Shown here: positions 9,595 to 19,999 of the stretch, one piece after another
How the letters are laid out: the number at the start of each line of letters is the position of its first letter
Position numbering within the stretch: position 1 is the first letter of the stretch
NCBI GenBank assembly: GCA_016868035.1
Contig: VGID01000017.1
Span: forward strand, 430 to 64,429
DNA: 64,000 bases
Source of the DNA: Betaproteobacteria bacterium
GTDB taxonomy: Bacteria; Pseudomonadota; Gammaproteobacteria; Burkholderiales; SG8-41
Direction: 5' to 3'
The notes under the pieces: generated by a model
What the model saw: only the letters and a program-made list of their open reading frames with translations
Databases searched by the model: none
What the model was told of the DNA's origin: nothing
Program-made: the position numbers and the translations under genes

Positions 9595-10455
9595 ATGATG
9601 CGATCTCTGTCGCGGATCGGGTGGTCGGCTGTGTGCCTGGCGGCGCTCATTGCCGGTGCGGCCGGGGCCGCATATGCCAGGCACGAGACCATACCCTACG
9701 TATCCGGCGGGATCGGAGAGAAGGCGCAGGAGGCGCTGAAGGCGCGCGAGAGTGAGTTCAATTTGAAGCTCGTGTTCACGCTGGTCGAAGGCAACTACGT
9801 GGCCGACGTGAACGTGGTGCTCACCGACGCCAAGGGGCACAGGCTGGTCGAGCACCGCGCCGAGGGGCCCTTCTTCATGGCGCGCCTGCCCGCGGGCCAG
9901 TACACCGTCGCGGCCACCTACAACGGCGCGACCGTGACGCGCAAGGTGCCCGTCCGCGACAAGCGGCTGCGCACCGAGTACCTGCGCTGGCCGGCGAACC
10001 CGAAGGTGGACGTCGTGCTGCCGCCCGGGGACGGGATGGCGGCCGCTCCGCCAGCGCCCGCGGCGCCGGTCGCGCCGACCCTCAAGCCGGCCGCCGCGCC
10101 CGGCGGCTTGTCGTACGTCTCCGGCGGAATCGGCGAGGCCGAGCAGCAGGAGCTCAAGGCGCGCGAGGGCGAGTTCAACCTGAAGCTCGTGTTCACGCTC
10201 GTCGAGGGCAACTACGTCACCGACGTCAGCGTGGTGGTGAGCGCGAAGGGAAAGAGAATCATCGAGCACGTTGCCCAGGGACCGTTCTTCATGGCGCGCC
10301 TGCCCGCCGGTGAGTACACTGTGTCGGCTGCCTACGAGGGCAGGACCGTGACGCGCAAGGTGTCGGTCGCCGAGAAGCGGCTGCGCACGGAGTATCTGCG
10401 CTGGCCGGCCAATTCCAAGACGGACCTGCCCGTTTCGCGCTGGATCACGAAGTAA
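9595..10455 (+). CDS. Secreted protein with two tandem carboxypeptidase-regulatory-like domains (internal duplication)
   Basis: RBS gaaaggag then ATG 9595. Signal peptide MMRSLSRIGWSAVCLAALIAGAAGAAYA. Two ~100-aa copies (aa 35-135 and 174-273) share YVSGGIGE..LKARE.EFNLKLVFTLVEGNYV.DV.VV...GPFFMARLPAG.YTV...TVTRKV.V..KRLRTEYLRWPAN, joined by a Pro/Ala linker. Confidence 0.6.
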   Translation: MMRSLSRIGWSAVCLAALIAGAAGAAYARHETIPYVSGGIGEKAQEALKARESEFNLKLVFTLVEGNYVADVNVVLTDAKGHRLVEHRAEGPFFMARLPAGQYTVAATYNGATVTRKVPVRDKRLRTEYLRWPANPKVDVVLPPGDGMAAAPPAPAAPVAPTLKPAAAPGGLSYVSGGIGEAEQQELKAREGEFNLKLVFTLVEGNYVTDVSVVVSAKGKRIIEHVAQGPFFMARLPAGEYTVSAAYEGRTVTRKVSVAEKRLRTEYLRWPANSKTDLPVSRWITK

Positions 10456-10549
10456 GGCCGCGCGCCGGTGCCGGTAGCCGCGCCCGGCGCCACCGCGGCG
10501 CAGACGCGGGCGGGAGTGGCGCTTGCGCGCCGGCGGAAGGGAGGAATGA

Positions 10550-10993
10550 ATGTTCAAGCATCTGCTGTTGCCCACGGACGGGTCGCGCCTCTCGGCGAAG
10601 GCCGCCGCCAAGGCGGTGCGGCTCGCGAAGGCGCTGGGAGCGCGCATCACCGCCGTCCATGTCGTGCCGAAATTCCAGGCGGTATACGTCGAGGACACCT
10701 ACTTCATGCTGCCGGTCTCGGAAGCGCGGTTCCGGCGCGAGACGAAGCGCCGGGCCGCGCGCTATCTGCAGCAGGTCGCGGCCGCGGCGCGCAAGGCGGG
10801 CGTGCGCTGCGAAGGGGTGACGGTGGAGGCCTCACAGCCCTATCGCGGGATCATCCGCACGGCCAAGGCGAGAAAATGCGACTGCATCGTGATGGCCTCG
10901 CACGGGCGCAGGGGAATCTCGGCGCTGCTGCTCGGCAGCGAGGCGAGCAAGGTGCTCACGCACTCGGCGGTCCCGGTGGTGGTGTTCCGATGA
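10550..10993 (+). CDS. Universal stress protein (UspA family)
   Basis: MFKHLLLPTDGSRLSAKAAAKAVRLAKALGARITAVHV ... IVMASHGRRGISALLLGSEASKVLTHSAVPVVVFR. Strong RBS gggagg. Confidence 0.85.
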   Translation: MFKHLLLPTDGSRLSAKAAAKAVRLAKALGARITAVHVVPKFQAVYVEDTYFMLPVSEARFRRETKRRAARYLQQVAAAARKAGVRCEGVTVEASQPYRGIIRTAKARKCDCIVMASHGRRGISALLLGSEASKVLTHSAVPVVVFR

Positions 10994-11051
10994 GGCGCGA
11001 GGAAGCCGCAGCGCGCTTCGCCCCGGGGCCGGCGCCCCGCGGAGGGGCGCG

Positions 11052-12011
11052 ATGAGCGGGATTTTGTTCGTCGAGCGCTGGGGGACGGGGGCGCGCGTGC
11101 TCGCGGCCTTCGTCTTCTTCGCGCTCGTGGCGGCCGTGGGGGCAGCCTTGCCCCATTACCTGAGCCTCACGCCGCTCTATCTCGTCGTGGTCCTGTTCGC
11201 CGTCTGGAACCTGGGACTGGCGTGGGGGGGCGTATTCCTCGTCGCCGCGCTCGCGGTCTCGACCGCAAACGGGCTCGTGTTCGGGCATCCGTTCCTCTCG
11301 CAGGAATGGTTCTACTACGACATGGCGAGCCGGTTTTTCGTCTACGTCCTCGTGCTGCTCGTGGCGGGCGCGGCGCGGGCGGCGTACGGGAGGGAGCAGA
11401 AGCGCGCGCGCTCCGACAGCCTGACGGGGCTCGCGAACCGCGCCGCCCTGTACGAGCGCATCGAAATCGAGATCGAGCGCCAGAAGCGCAACGGCGGGCC
11501 GATGGCGCTTGCGTACACCGATTGCGACGACTTCAAGCGCATCAACGACCGCCACGGCCACGCGGCCGGGGACCGGCTGCTGCGTAGCGTCGCGCAGACA
11601 CTCGCCGGTAGCGTGCGCAAAACGGACCTCGTGGCCCGGGTCGGTGGCGACGAATTCGCGGTGCTGCTGCCGGAGACCGCCGAGCACGAGGCTACGCTGG
11701 TCATCGAGAAGCTCCATCGCAGGCTCGGGCAGCTGCCGGAGGTCAGTGCTGGAACGATCGGTTTCAGTATCGGGGTCGCGGTGGCCCGCGCGGCCCCGGA
11801 GTCCGCCGCGTGGCTGGTGGACCAGGCCGACCACCTGATGTTCGAGGTGAAGCGCTCCGGGAAGAACGCGGTGCGGCAGCGGGTAGTGGTCGAGGAGGGC
11901 GAGCGGGCCCACGCTGGCGGCCAGCGGGCGGAGGTCCGGGCCTTGCGGGCGGCGGGCCGGGCCGAGGCGGCGGCGTCTCGTGGGCCCAGCGCCGAAAGGA
12001 AGGGATTTTGA
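11052..12011 (+). CDS. Membrane-anchored diguanylate cyclase (GGDEF domain)
   Basis: Four predicted TM helices, then SDSLTGLANRAALYERIE...DDFKRINDRHGHAAGDRLL...RVGGDEFAVLLPE. The C-terminal tail is low complexity. Confidence 0.8.
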   Translation: MSGILFVERWGTGARVLAAFVFFALVAAVGAALPHYLSLTPLYLVVVLFAVWNLGLAWGGVFLVAALAVSTANGLVFGHPFLSQEWFYYDMASRFFVYVLVLLVAGAARAAYGREQKRARSDSLTGLANRAALYERIEIEIERQKRNGGPMALAYTDCDDFKRINDRHGHAAGDRLLRSVAQTLAGSVRKTDLVARVGGDEFAVLLPETAEHEATLVIEKLHRRLGQLPEVSAGTIGFSIGVAVARAAPESAAWLVDQADHLMFEVKRSGKNAVRQRVVVEEGERAHAGGQRAEVRALRAAGRAEAAASRGPSAERKGF

Positions 12012-12105
12012 GCGCGCCGGAAGCCGGTGCCCGAACGGGATTGCGGCGCGGGGAACCTGCGGGCTTGCTATCATTGGTGAAGATGCTGGCGACGAGGGGC
12101 GACGC

Positions 12106-13542
12106 TTGAGCACGAACGTCCGGATTTCTGGCTGGCCGGCGGCGTGGGCGCGCGGTTTCGCGCTTGCTGCCGCGCTCGCCCTGCCGGTGAGCGCGCAGGC
12201 GGCCGAGGCCGAGGCACCCGTCGTGCTGCTGAAGCTCGAAGGGGCCGTCAGCCCGGCGACCGCGGACTATATGGTGCGCGGCATCCGGCAGGCGGCCGAG
12301 CGGCGCGCGTCCCTGGTGATCCTGCAGATCGACACGCCGGGCGGGCTCGACACTTCGATGCGCATGGTGATCAAGGAAATTCTCTCCTCGCCGGTGCCGG
12401 TGGTCACGTTCGTGGCCCCGGGCGGGGCGCGTGCGGCGAGTGCCGGCACCTTCATCGTGTACGCGAGCCACGTCGCGGCGATGGCGCCTGCGACCAACCT
12501 TGGCGCCGCCACGCCCGTGCCGATCGGGGTCGCGCCCGGCGGGCCGCCGTCGCAGCCTTCGGGAGCCGACAAGGATGGCAAGGCCAAGGGCAAGGACAAG
12601 GACAAGAAGGCCGCCGAAGAGCCCGCACCCAAGGACAGCCTGACCAAGAAGCAGGTCCATGACGCCGCGGCCTACATCCGCAGCCTCGCGCAATTGCGCG
12701 GGCGCAACGCCGAGTGGGGCGAGAGGGCGGTGCGCGAGGCGGTGAGCCTGTCGGCGGAGGAGGCGAGAAAGATCAAGGTGATCGACCTCGTGGCGCGCGA
12801 CGTGCCGGACCTGCTGAAGCAGCTGAACGGGCGCAAGGTGACGGTGCTCGGCGTGGAGCGCGCGCTCGAGACCACCGGCGCGGCGGTGGTGGCGATCGAG
12901 CCCGACTGGCGCAGCCGCCTGCTCGCGGTGATCGCCGATCCGAGCATCGCGCTGATACTGATGATGATCGGCCTCTACGGGCTGTTGTTCGAGTTCGCCA
13001 ACCCGGGCTTCGTGCTGCCCGGCGTCGTCGGCGCCATCTGCCTGATCCTCGCTCTCTTCGCGTTCCAGCTGCTGCCGATCAACTACACGGGGCTCGGGCT
13101 GATCCTGCTCGGCATCGCGTTCATCGTGGCCGAGGCGTTCATGCCGAGTTTCGGCGCGCTCGGCATCGGCGGCGTGGTGGCGCTGGTGGTCGGCTCGGTG
13201 ATCCTGTTCGACCCGGCGGAAGCGGCGGGATACGAGCTCCCGACGTCGTTCGTGGTGACGCTTGCGCTCATGAGCGGGGCGATCGTGTTTCTCACCGTCA
13301 CGCTGGCGCTGAAAGCGCGCGGGCGGCCGGTGGTGAGCGGGCGCGAGCAATTCGTCGGAATGGAGGGCGAGGTGCTGGAGGACTGCGAGCGCGAAGGCTG
13401 GGCGCGGGTGCGCAGCGAACGCTGGCGCATCATCGGGGCGCGCCCGATGCGGCGCGGCGAGAAGGTGAAGGTCGTCGGGGTGGAAGGGCTGCGGTTGCGG
13501 GTCGAGCCGGAAACGGGGGACAACAAGGAGAAGCAAACATGA
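12106..13542 (+). CDS. NfeD-family membrane-bound ClpP-class serine protease
   Basis: ORF 11980-13542. A likely in-frame TTG at 12106 precedes the signal peptide (..[14 protein letters not shown]). ClpP-like domain ([27 protein letters not shown]), TM block and C-terminal NfeD OB domain. Start codon uncertain. Confidence 0.75.
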   Translation: MSTNVRISGWPAAWARGFALAAALALPVSAQAAEAEAPVVLLKLEGAVSPATADYMVRGIRQAAERRASLVILQIDTPGGLDTSMRMVIKEILSSPVPVVTFVAPGGARAASAGTFIVYASHVAAMAPATNLGAATPVPIGVAPGGPPSQPSGADKDGKAKGKDKDKKAAEEPAPKDSLTKKQVHDAAAYIRSLAQLRGRNAEWGERAVREAVSLSAEEARKIKVIDLVARDVPDLLKQLNGRKVTVLGVERALETTGAAVVAIEPDWRSRLLAVIADPSIALILMMIGLYGLLFEFANPGFVLPGVVGAICLILALFAFQLLPINYTGLGLILLGIAFIVAEAFMPSFGALGIGGVVALVVGSVILFDPAEAAGYELPTSFVVTLALMSGAIVFLTVTLALKARGRPVVSGREQFVGMEGEVLEDCEREGWARVRSERWRIIGARPMRRGEKVKVVGVEGLRLRVEPETGDNKEKQT

Positions 13543-14309
13543 TCTGGGATATTGGAGCGGGCGGATTCATCACGCTAATCGTCATACTCATCGTCGTTTC
13601 AGCGCTGAGGATCCTGCGCGAGTACGAGCGCGGCGTGATCTTCCAGCTGGGGCGGTTCTGGAAGGTGAAAGGCCCCGGTCTGATCATCGTGATTCCGGGG
13701 ATCCAGCAAATGGTTCGCGTGGACCTGCGCACGATCGTGATGGACGTGCCGACCCAGGACGTGATCTCGCGCGACAACGTGTCGGTGAAGGTGAACGCCG
13801 TGATCTACTTTCGCGTGATCGACGCCCAGAACGCGATCATCCAGGTCGAAAACTACCTCGAGGCGACCAGCCAGCTCGCGCAGACCACGCTGCGCGCGGT
13901 GCTCGGCCAGCACGAGCTCGACGAGATGCTCGCCGAGCGCGAAAAGCTCAACAAGGACATCCAGCAGAACCTGGATCGCGAGACCGACGCGTGGGGCATC
14001 AAGGTCTCCAACGTCGAGATCAAGCACGTGGACATCGACGAGTCCATGGTGCGGGCGATCGCGCAGCAGGCGGAAGCCGAGCGCGCGCGGCGCGCGAAGG
14101 TAATCCACGCCGAAGGAGAGCTGCAGGCGGCGGAGAAGCTGCTCGCTGCCGCGCAGCTCCTCGCGCAGCAGCCGCAGGCAATGCAGCTACGTTATCTGCA
14201 GACGCTGGGCAGCATCGCCACCGACAAGAGCAACACCATCGTATTCCCGGTCCCGATGGACGTGCTCGCGCCGCTGCTCGGACAGAAGGGCGGCCAGGGC
14301 GGCTCCTAA
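13539..14309 (+). CDS. SPFH/band-7 (stomatin-like) protein, partner of NfeD
   Basis: ATGA overlap with nfe[68 protein letters not shown] is the classic stomatin/QmcA signature. Confidence 0.85.
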   Translation: MIWDIGAGGFITLIVILIVVSALRILREYERGVIFQLGRFWKVKGPGLIIVIPGIQQMVRVDLRTIVMDVPTQDVISRDNVSVKVNAVIYFRVIDAQNAIIQVENYLEATSQLAQTTLRAVLGQHELDEMLAEREKLNKDIQQNLDRETDAWGIKVSNVEIKHVDIDESMVRAIAQQAEAERARRAKVIHAEGELQAAEKLLAAAQLLAQQPQAMQLRYLQTLGSIATDKSNTIVFPVPMDVLAPLLGQKGGQGGS

Positions 14310-14505
14310 GAGCGCGCCGTGCTTCCGCGGCACGCGCGGGGCGGGCAGGCCGAAGGGTTGATGTAGGTCAACCGCTGCGGCGCGTTTTTCTTCATACTTT
14401 TCCAGGCAGGCGGCGGCTGTCCGCGCATGCTGCGCGTACCGGCTGCGGCGGCCGTCCCCGGTCTCCGCGCGCGCCGCCACGTAAACCCTACAAGCAAAGG
14501 AGAGG

Positions 14506-15978
14506 ATGCTGTCACGCACCCACCCTGGCACGGCCGCTGCCCGTGCGCTGGATCCGCGTATCGCCGTCGGCGCGCTGCTGACCGTATACGTCGCGATCGC
14601 CATCGCGCCGGTCGCGATCGCGTATGCGCTGCCGGTGAAGTCGAGGCCCTTCCTGGACGAACTCTCCTCGGGCATGGCGATGGCGGGGTTCTCCATGCTG
14701 CTCATGGAATTCATCACCTCCGGCCGCTTCCGCGCGGTCTCGGCCCCGGTGGGCATCGATCTCATGATGAGCTTCCACCAGCTGGTGGCGCGGGTGCTGA
14801 CGGTGTTCCTGCTGCTGCATCCCTTTCTCTACACCCTGCCGATGACGGCGGCGCGCGTGCCGTGGGACACGGACGGGGCGCTCGCGCTCGGGATGACGCC
14901 GTGGTCTCTCGCCTCCGGCTTCGCGGCGTGGGGACTGCTCGCCGCATTGTTCGGGCTCGCGTGGTTCCGCGAAGGCTCCGGGATGCGCTACGAAACCTGG
15001 CGCGGGCTGCACGGAGCGGGCGCGGGGCTGATCGCGCTCTTCGGCCTGCACCACACGCTGGACGCCGGCCGCTACGCGGACGCCCCGCATCTCGCCGCGT
15101 TCTGGGCGATGGCGGTCGCGGTCGCGTTCGGGGCGCTCGCCTGGATCCACGTCGTGCGCCCGCTCTACCAGGCGCGCCACGCGTGGCGGCTCTCGCGGAG
15201 CGAGCGGATCGCCGAGCGCACCTGGCTGCTGAGAGTCGAGCCCGCGGGGGCCCCCACCTTCCGTTTCCGGGCGGGGCAGTTCGTGTGGCTGAAATTCCAC
15301 CGCGCCCTCGGGCGCATCACCGAGCACCCGTTTTCCATCAGCTCGGCACCGGGCGCGCTGCCGGCCGTGGAGTTCATGGTCAAGGAATCGGGCGACTTCA
15401 CGCGCACGGTCGGGTCGCTTCCCCTCGGAACGCCCGCCTACCTGCACGGCCCGCACGGGAACTTCACGCTCGAGGGCCGGCGCGGCAAGGGCATCGCGTT
15501 CATCGCGGGTGGCGTCGGCATCGCCCCGGTCATGAGCATGCTGCGCGAGCTTCGTCGCGCGCGCGATCCCCGTCCGCTCATCCTTGTCTACGGCAACCGG
15601 GTGGAGGCGCAGATCGCGTACCGCGACGAGCTGCAGGCCATGCGCGAGGAGCTTCGCCTCGAGCTCTCGTTCGTGCTCGGCGAGCCGCCGCCGGGATGGC
15701 AGGGTCCCCGGGGGCAGCTCGACGCGCAAACGCTGCAGCCGCTGCTGCCGCGAGAGGAGCGGGACGCGTGGCTCTACGTCGTGTGCGGCCCTCCCCCCGT
15801 GATCGACAGCGTCGAGCGCGTGCTGGACGATCGCGGCGTTCCGCTCGGCCAGATCGTCTCCGAGCGCTTCGGCTACGAGCTCGCCGCGCTCACCCGGCGC
15901 GGCCGGCTCGTGCTGGGTGTCTGTGCCGCGGTGGTGGCTGCGATCGCGGCCGGGATCGCGGCCTTCGCCTTGCGCTGA
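14506..15978 (+). CDS. Ferric-reductase-like transmembrane oxidoreductase with FAD/NAD(P)-binding domains
   Basis: RBS aaaggagagg then ATG. N-terminal multi-TM domain with conserved His residues, then RAGQFVWLKF..HPFSISS (FAD binding) and GIAFIAGGVGIAPVMSML (NAD binding). Confidence 0.7.
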   Translation: MLSRTHPGTAAARALDPRIAVGALLTVYVAIAIAPVAIAYALPVKSRPFLDELSSGMAMAGFSMLLMEFITSGRFRAVSAPVGIDLMMSFHQLVARVLTVFLLLHPFLYTLPMTAARVPWDTDGALALGMTPWSLASGFAAWGLLAALFGLAWFREGSGMRYETWRGLHGAGAGLIALFGLHHTLDAGRYADAPHLAAFWAMAVAVAFGALAWIHVVRPLYQARHAWRLSRSERIAERTWLLRVEPAGAPTFRFRAGQFVWLKFHRALGRITEHPFSISSAPGALPAVEFMVKESGDFTRTVGSLPLGTPAYLHGPHGNFTLEGRRGKGIAFIAGGVGIAPVMSMLRELRRARDPRPLILVYGNRVEAQIAYRDELQAMREELRLELSFVLGEPPPGWQGPRGQLDAQTLQPLLPREERDAWLYVVCGPPPVIDSVERVLDDRGVPLGQIVSERFGYELAALTRRGRLVLGVCAAVVAAIAAGIAAFALR

Positions 15979-15994
15979 TCGCGGGGAAGCGGCC

Positions 15995-18727
15995 ATGACG
16001 CCGAGAAACAGCAACGGATCGCGCCCCGCGCACGGCCCGGCCTGGCACGCCCTCGGCGTGGATGCCGTGCTCTCGGAGCTCGGCGCCTCCGCGTCCGGGT
16101 TGACCGAGGAGGAAGCGCAATCGCGCCGCGCGCGCCACGGGCCGAACCGGCTCCCGGATCCCCCGCGGCGCGGGCCGCTCGCGCGCTTCGCGCTCCAGTT
16201 CCACAACGTGCTGATCTACGTGCTGCTCGGCTCGGCCGCGGTCACCGCCGCGCTCGCGCACTGGGTGGACACCGGCGTTATCCTGGGCGTCGTGATCATC
16301 AACGCCATCATCGGATTCGTGCAGGAGGGCAAGGCCGAACGCGCCATCGACGCGATCCGCAGGATGCTCTCGCTGCACGCGCTCGTGCTGCGCGGCGGGC
16401 AGCGGCGCGAGCTCTCCGCCGAGGAGCTCGTGCCCGGAGACATCGTGCTCCTCGCCTCGGGCGACAAGGTGCCCGCGGACCTGCGCCTGATCGAGGTGAG
16501 GAACCTGCGCGCCGACGAGGCGGCGTTGACCGGCGAATCGGTCCCGGTGGAGAAGGCGCGGGATCCGGTGGCGCCGGAAGTCGTGCTGGGCGACCGCACC
16601 TCGATGGCCTACTCGGGCACGCTCGTCACCTATGGCCAGGCGAAGGGGGTGGTAGTCGCGACCGGGGTGCGCACGGAGGTCGGGCGCATCAGCGGCATGC
16701 TGCGCGAGGTGGAGGAGCTCGCCACGCCGCTCACGCGCAAGATGGCGGTCTTCGCGCGCTGGCTGACCGTGGCGATCCTCGCCGGCTCGGCGGTGACGTT
16801 CGTCTTCGGGATGCTCGCGCGCGACTACACCGCGACCGAGATGTTCCTCGCGGTGGTCGCGCTCGCGGTCGCCGCGATCCCGGAAGGGCTGCCGGCGATC
16901 ATGACCATCACGCTCGCGGTGGGCGTGCAGCGCATGGCGCGGCGCAACGCGATCATCCGCCGCCTGCCGGCGGTGGAGACGCTGGGATCGGTGACCGTCA
17001 TCTGCTCGGACAAGACGGGCACCCTCACCCGCAACGAGATGACGGTGAGGAGCGTCGTCACCTCCGACGCGGCGTACGCGGTGAGCGGGGTCGGTTACGC
17101 GCCGCAGGGCGGATTCGCGGTGGAGGGCAAGACGGTGGCGGCTGCGGAGCGCCCCGACTTGATCGAGCTCGCACGCGCGGGGCTGCGGTGCAACGACGCG
17201 GCGCTGCGCGAGGAAGAGGGGGTCTGGCGGCTGCAGGGCGATCCCACCGAAGGCGCGCTGGTGACGCTCGCGCTCAAGGCGGGCCTCGACGCGGGGGACG
17301 AGAATCGCTCGGCGCCGCGCACCGACGAGATCCCGTTCGAGTCCGAGCACCGCTTCATGGCGACGCTGCACCACGACCACGCCGGGCACGCCTATGCCTA
17401 CGTCAAGGGCGCCCCCGAGCGCGTGCTGGAGATGTGCACCCTGGAGCTCAGGGCGGCGCAGACGCGCCCGCTCGATCCGCGCCGCTGGCACCGGCGCGCC
17501 GAGGAGCTGGCGAACGGGGGCGAGCGCGTGCTCGCGATCGCCATGCGCCCGCTCGGGCGCGGGGTGCGCGAGCTCGCATTCGGCGACGTCGAGGAAGGGC
17601 TGGTGCTGCTGGGGCTCGTCGGCATCATCGACCCGCCGCGCGAGGAGGCGGTCGCCGCGGTCGCCGGCTGCCGCGCCGCCGGCATCCGGGTGAAGATGAT
17701 CACCGGCGACCACGTCGCGACCGGCCGCGCGGTGGGACGCGCGCTCGGCATCGGCGACGGCGTCCGGGCGCTCGGAGGCGCGGAGCTCGAGGAGATGGAC
17801 GAGGCGGCGCTGCGCCGCGCGGCGGGGGAGGTGGATGTCTTCGCGCGCGCGAGCCCCGAACACAAGCTGCGGCTGGTGAAGGCGCTGCAGGCCGCGGGCG
17901 AGATCGTCGCCATGACCGGCGACGGGGTGAACGACGCCCCCGCGCTCAAGCGCGCGGACATCGGGGTGGCGATGGGCATCAAGGGCACCGAGGCGTCAAA
18001 GGAGGCCGCGGAGATGGTGCTCGCGGACGACAACTTCGCCTCCATCGCGCACGCGGTCGAGGAAGGCCGCACGGTGTACGACAACCTGAAGAAGGCGATC
18101 CTCTTCATCCTGCCGACGAACGGGGGCGAGTCGGGGGTCATCATCGTCGCGATCCTGCTCGGGATCGCGCTGCCGATTACCGCCGTGCAGATCCTGTGGG
18201 TGAACATGATCACCGCGGTGACGCTCTCGCTCGCGATCGCGTTCGAGCCGGCGGAGCCCGACGCGATGCGCCGCCCGCCGCGCGATCCGTCCGAGCCCTT
18301 GCTCTCCGGCTTCCTGGTGTGGCGCATCGTGCTCGTGTCCGCGCTGCTGGTGGCCGCGTGCTTCGGGCTGTTCGTGTGGGAGCTCGCGCGCAGCGGCTCG
18401 CTCGAGGCGGCGCGCACGGTGGCCGTCAACATGCTGGTGGCGGGCGAGATGTTCTACCTCTTCAACAGCCGCCACATCCACGCTTCGGTGCTCTCGCGCG
18501 AGGGCCTGCTGGGCAACCCCTACGTGCTGCTGGCGGTCGGGTTGCTTGCGGCGGTGCAGCTCGTCTTCACCTATACGCCGGTGCTCAACGGCTGGTTCGG
18601 CACCGCCGGCATCGATCGCACCGCCTGGCTCGCGATCCTCGCCTGCGGGGTGGGCGTCTTCATTCTGGTCGAGCTCGAAAAGGGCATCATGCGCGGCGCG
18701 CAGGGGAGGGTCCCGCGCGCGGCATGA
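15995..18727 (+). CDS. Cation-translocating P-type ATPase (P2-like, E1-E2 family)
   Basis: ATG 15995. N-terminal cation-ATPase domain (WHALGVDAVLSELGASASGLTEEEA), TGESVPVEK, CSDKTGTLTRNEM, MITGDH and MTGDGVNDAPALKRADIGVAMG. Confidence 0.9.
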   Translation: MTPRNSNGSRPAHGPAWHALGVDAVLSELGASASGLTEEEAQSRRARHGPNRLPDPPRRGPLARFALQFHNVLIYVLLGSAAVTAALAHWVDTGVILGVVIINAIIGFVQEGKAERAIDAIRRMLSLHALVLRGGQRRELSAEELVPGDIVLLASGDKVPADLRLIEVRNLRADEAALTGESVPVEKARDPVAPEVVLGDRTSMAYSGTLVTYGQAKGVVVATGVRTEVGRISGMLREVEELATPLTRKMAVFARWLTVAILAGSAVTFVFGMLARDYTATEMFLAVVALAVAAIPEGLPAIMTITLAVGVQRMARRNAIIRRLPAVETLGSVTVICSDKTGTLTRNEMTVRSVVTSDAAYAVSGVGYAPQGGFAVEGKTVAAAERPDLIELARAGLRCNDAALREEEGVWRLQGDPTEGALVTLALKAGLDAGDENRSAPRTDEIPFESEHRFMATLHHDHAGHAYAYVKGAPERVLEMCTLELRAAQTRPLDPRRWHRRAEELANGGERVLAIAMRPLGRGVRELAFGDVEEGLVLLGLVGIIDPPREEAVAAVAGCRAAGIRVKMITGDHVATGRAVGRALGIGDGVRALGGAELEEMDEAALRRAAGEVDVFARASPEHKLRLVKALQAAGEIVAMTGDGVNDAPALKRADIGVAMGIKGTEASKEAAEMVLADDNFASIAHAVEEGRTVYDNLKKAILFILPTNGGESGVIIVAILLGIALPITAVQILWVNMITAVTLSLAIAFEPAEPDAMRRPPRDPSEPLLSGFLVWRIVLVSALLVAACFGLFVWELARSGSLEAARTVAVNMLVAGEMFYLFNSRHIHASVLSREGLLGNPYVLLAVGLLAAVQLVFTYTPVLNGWFGTAGIDRTAWLAILACGVGVFILVELEKGIMRGAQGRVPRAA

Positions 18728-18889
18728 GCGCGCAGGCGCCGCGCCATACGGAGCGTTGTTTGCGGGCCGGCCGAGGAATCTGCTCGCCTTGTTTCCTGCG
18801 TAACGTATCCGTAAAATCCGCCCATTCGGCGGAGACCCGGCGCAAGGCCACGCGGCCGCTCGTGCGCGGATCATAGGAGGAAATACCCG

Positions 18890-19366
18890 GTGCTGCACGC
18901 GCTAAGCTTTGCGCTCATCCTGTTCGTCTTCTGGCTGCTCCTGTCCGGTTTTTTCACGGGGTTCCTGGTGAGCGTCGGCGCGCTCGCGGCGATCGCGATC
19001 GTGGCGCTCGGTCGTCGCATGGACGTGATCGATCAGGAGGGCCATCCGGTGCACCTCTCCTGGCGCGTTTTCGGTTACTGGCCGTGGCTCTTCAAGGAGA
19101 TCGCAAAGAGCGCGTGGGACGTATCGCGCATCATCGTGGATCCCGCTCTTCCCATCCGGCCGACCATGGTCCGCGTCAGGACTTCGCAGAAGACCGTTGT
19201 CGGGGTCGTGACCTACGCCAATTCGATCACCCTCACCCCGGGAACGCTCTCGGTGGACGTGAAGCGCGACGAGATCCTGGTGCACGCGCTCACCCCCGAG
19301 GGCGCCGAGGCGCTGCTCGAGGGAGAGATGGACCGGCGCGTGACGCGCTTCGAAGGGGCGTCCTGA
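18890..19366 (+). CDS. mrpE: Mrp/Mnh-type cation:proton antiporter subunit E
   Basis: FVFWLLLSGFFTGFLVSVG... and ...ANSITLTPGTLSVDV... are typical MnhE motifs. First gene of a tightly overlapping operon. Confidence 0.7.
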   Translation: MLHALSFALILFVFWLLLSGFFTGFLVSVGALAAIAIVALGRRMDVIDQEGHPVHLSWRVFGYWPWLFKEIAKSAWDVSRIIVDPALPIRPTMVRVRTSQKTVVGVVTYANSITLTPGTLSVDVKRDEILVHALTPEGAEALLEGEMDRRVTRFEGAS

Positions 19367-19647
19367 TGTACGAGGTGGCGGTTGCGGCGCTGCTGCTGAC
19401 CATTGCGCTCGCCCTGGTCCGGGGGTTTCTGGGACCGACCGTGTTCGACCGCGCGCTCGCCGTCAACGCGGTCGGCACCATCTCGATGCTGCTGCTCGCG
19501 GTCATCAGCTTCATGGGCGGGCGGCCCGAGTTCCTCGATCTCGCGATCGTCTACGGCTTCTTGAACCTGATCGGGACCGTCGCGGTGCTCAAATACTTCC
19601 GCTACGGCAGCCTGGGCGAGCCCGGGGAAGAGGGCGAACCCCGGTGA
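19366..19647 (+). CDS. mrpF: Mrp/Mnh antiporter subunit F
   Basis: TGATG-type overlap with mrpE. LVRGFLGPTVFDRALAVNAVGT..LDLAIVYGFLNLIGTVAVLKYF matches the MnhF/PhaF family. Confidence 0.7.
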   Translation: MYEVAVAALLLTIALALVRGFLGPTVFDRALAVNAVGTISMLLLAVISFMGGRPEFLDLAIVYGFLNLIGTVAVLKYFRYGSLGEPGEEGEPR

Positions 19648-19979
19648 GCCTCGCCCTCGCCATTGATATCGCAAGCTGGGCGCTGCTCGCCTCCGGCGGC
19701 GCGTTCTGCGTGATCGGCGGGGCGGGGCTGATCCGGATGCCCGATTTCTACACGCGGGCGCACGCGGCGAGCTTGATCGAGACGCTCGGCGCGGGGCTCA
19801 TCCTCATCGGGCTGCTGCTGCAGGCGGGCCCGACCCTTGCGGCCGTGAAGGTGCTGATGATCGGGCTGCTCATCTTCTTCGCGAGCCCGACGGCCACCCA
19901 CGCGCTGACGCGCGCCGCGATGCTGCGCGGCGTGAAGCCCCTGCTCGGCGATGAACGAGGTGCGCCGTCGAAACCGTAA
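19644..19979 (+). CDS. mrpG: Mrp/Mnh antiporter subunit G
   Basis: GGAFCVIGGAGLIRMPDFYTRAHAASLIETLGAG is the MnhG signature. 4-nt overlap with mrpF. Confidence 0.75.
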   Translation: MSLALAIDIASWALLASGGAFCVIGGAGLIRMPDFYTRAHAASLIETLGAGLILIGLLLQAGPTLAAVKVLMIGLLIFFASPTATHALTRAAMLRGVKPLLGDERGAPSKP

Positions 19980-19999
19980 CCGTCAGCGTTCTGCTTACC

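Noticed and set aside
11980-12105. ATG 11980 as the NfeD start
   Set aside because: It would overlap the 3' end of the GGDEF gene and add 42 residues before the signal peptide. The in-frame TTG 12106 fits better, but this remains uncertain.
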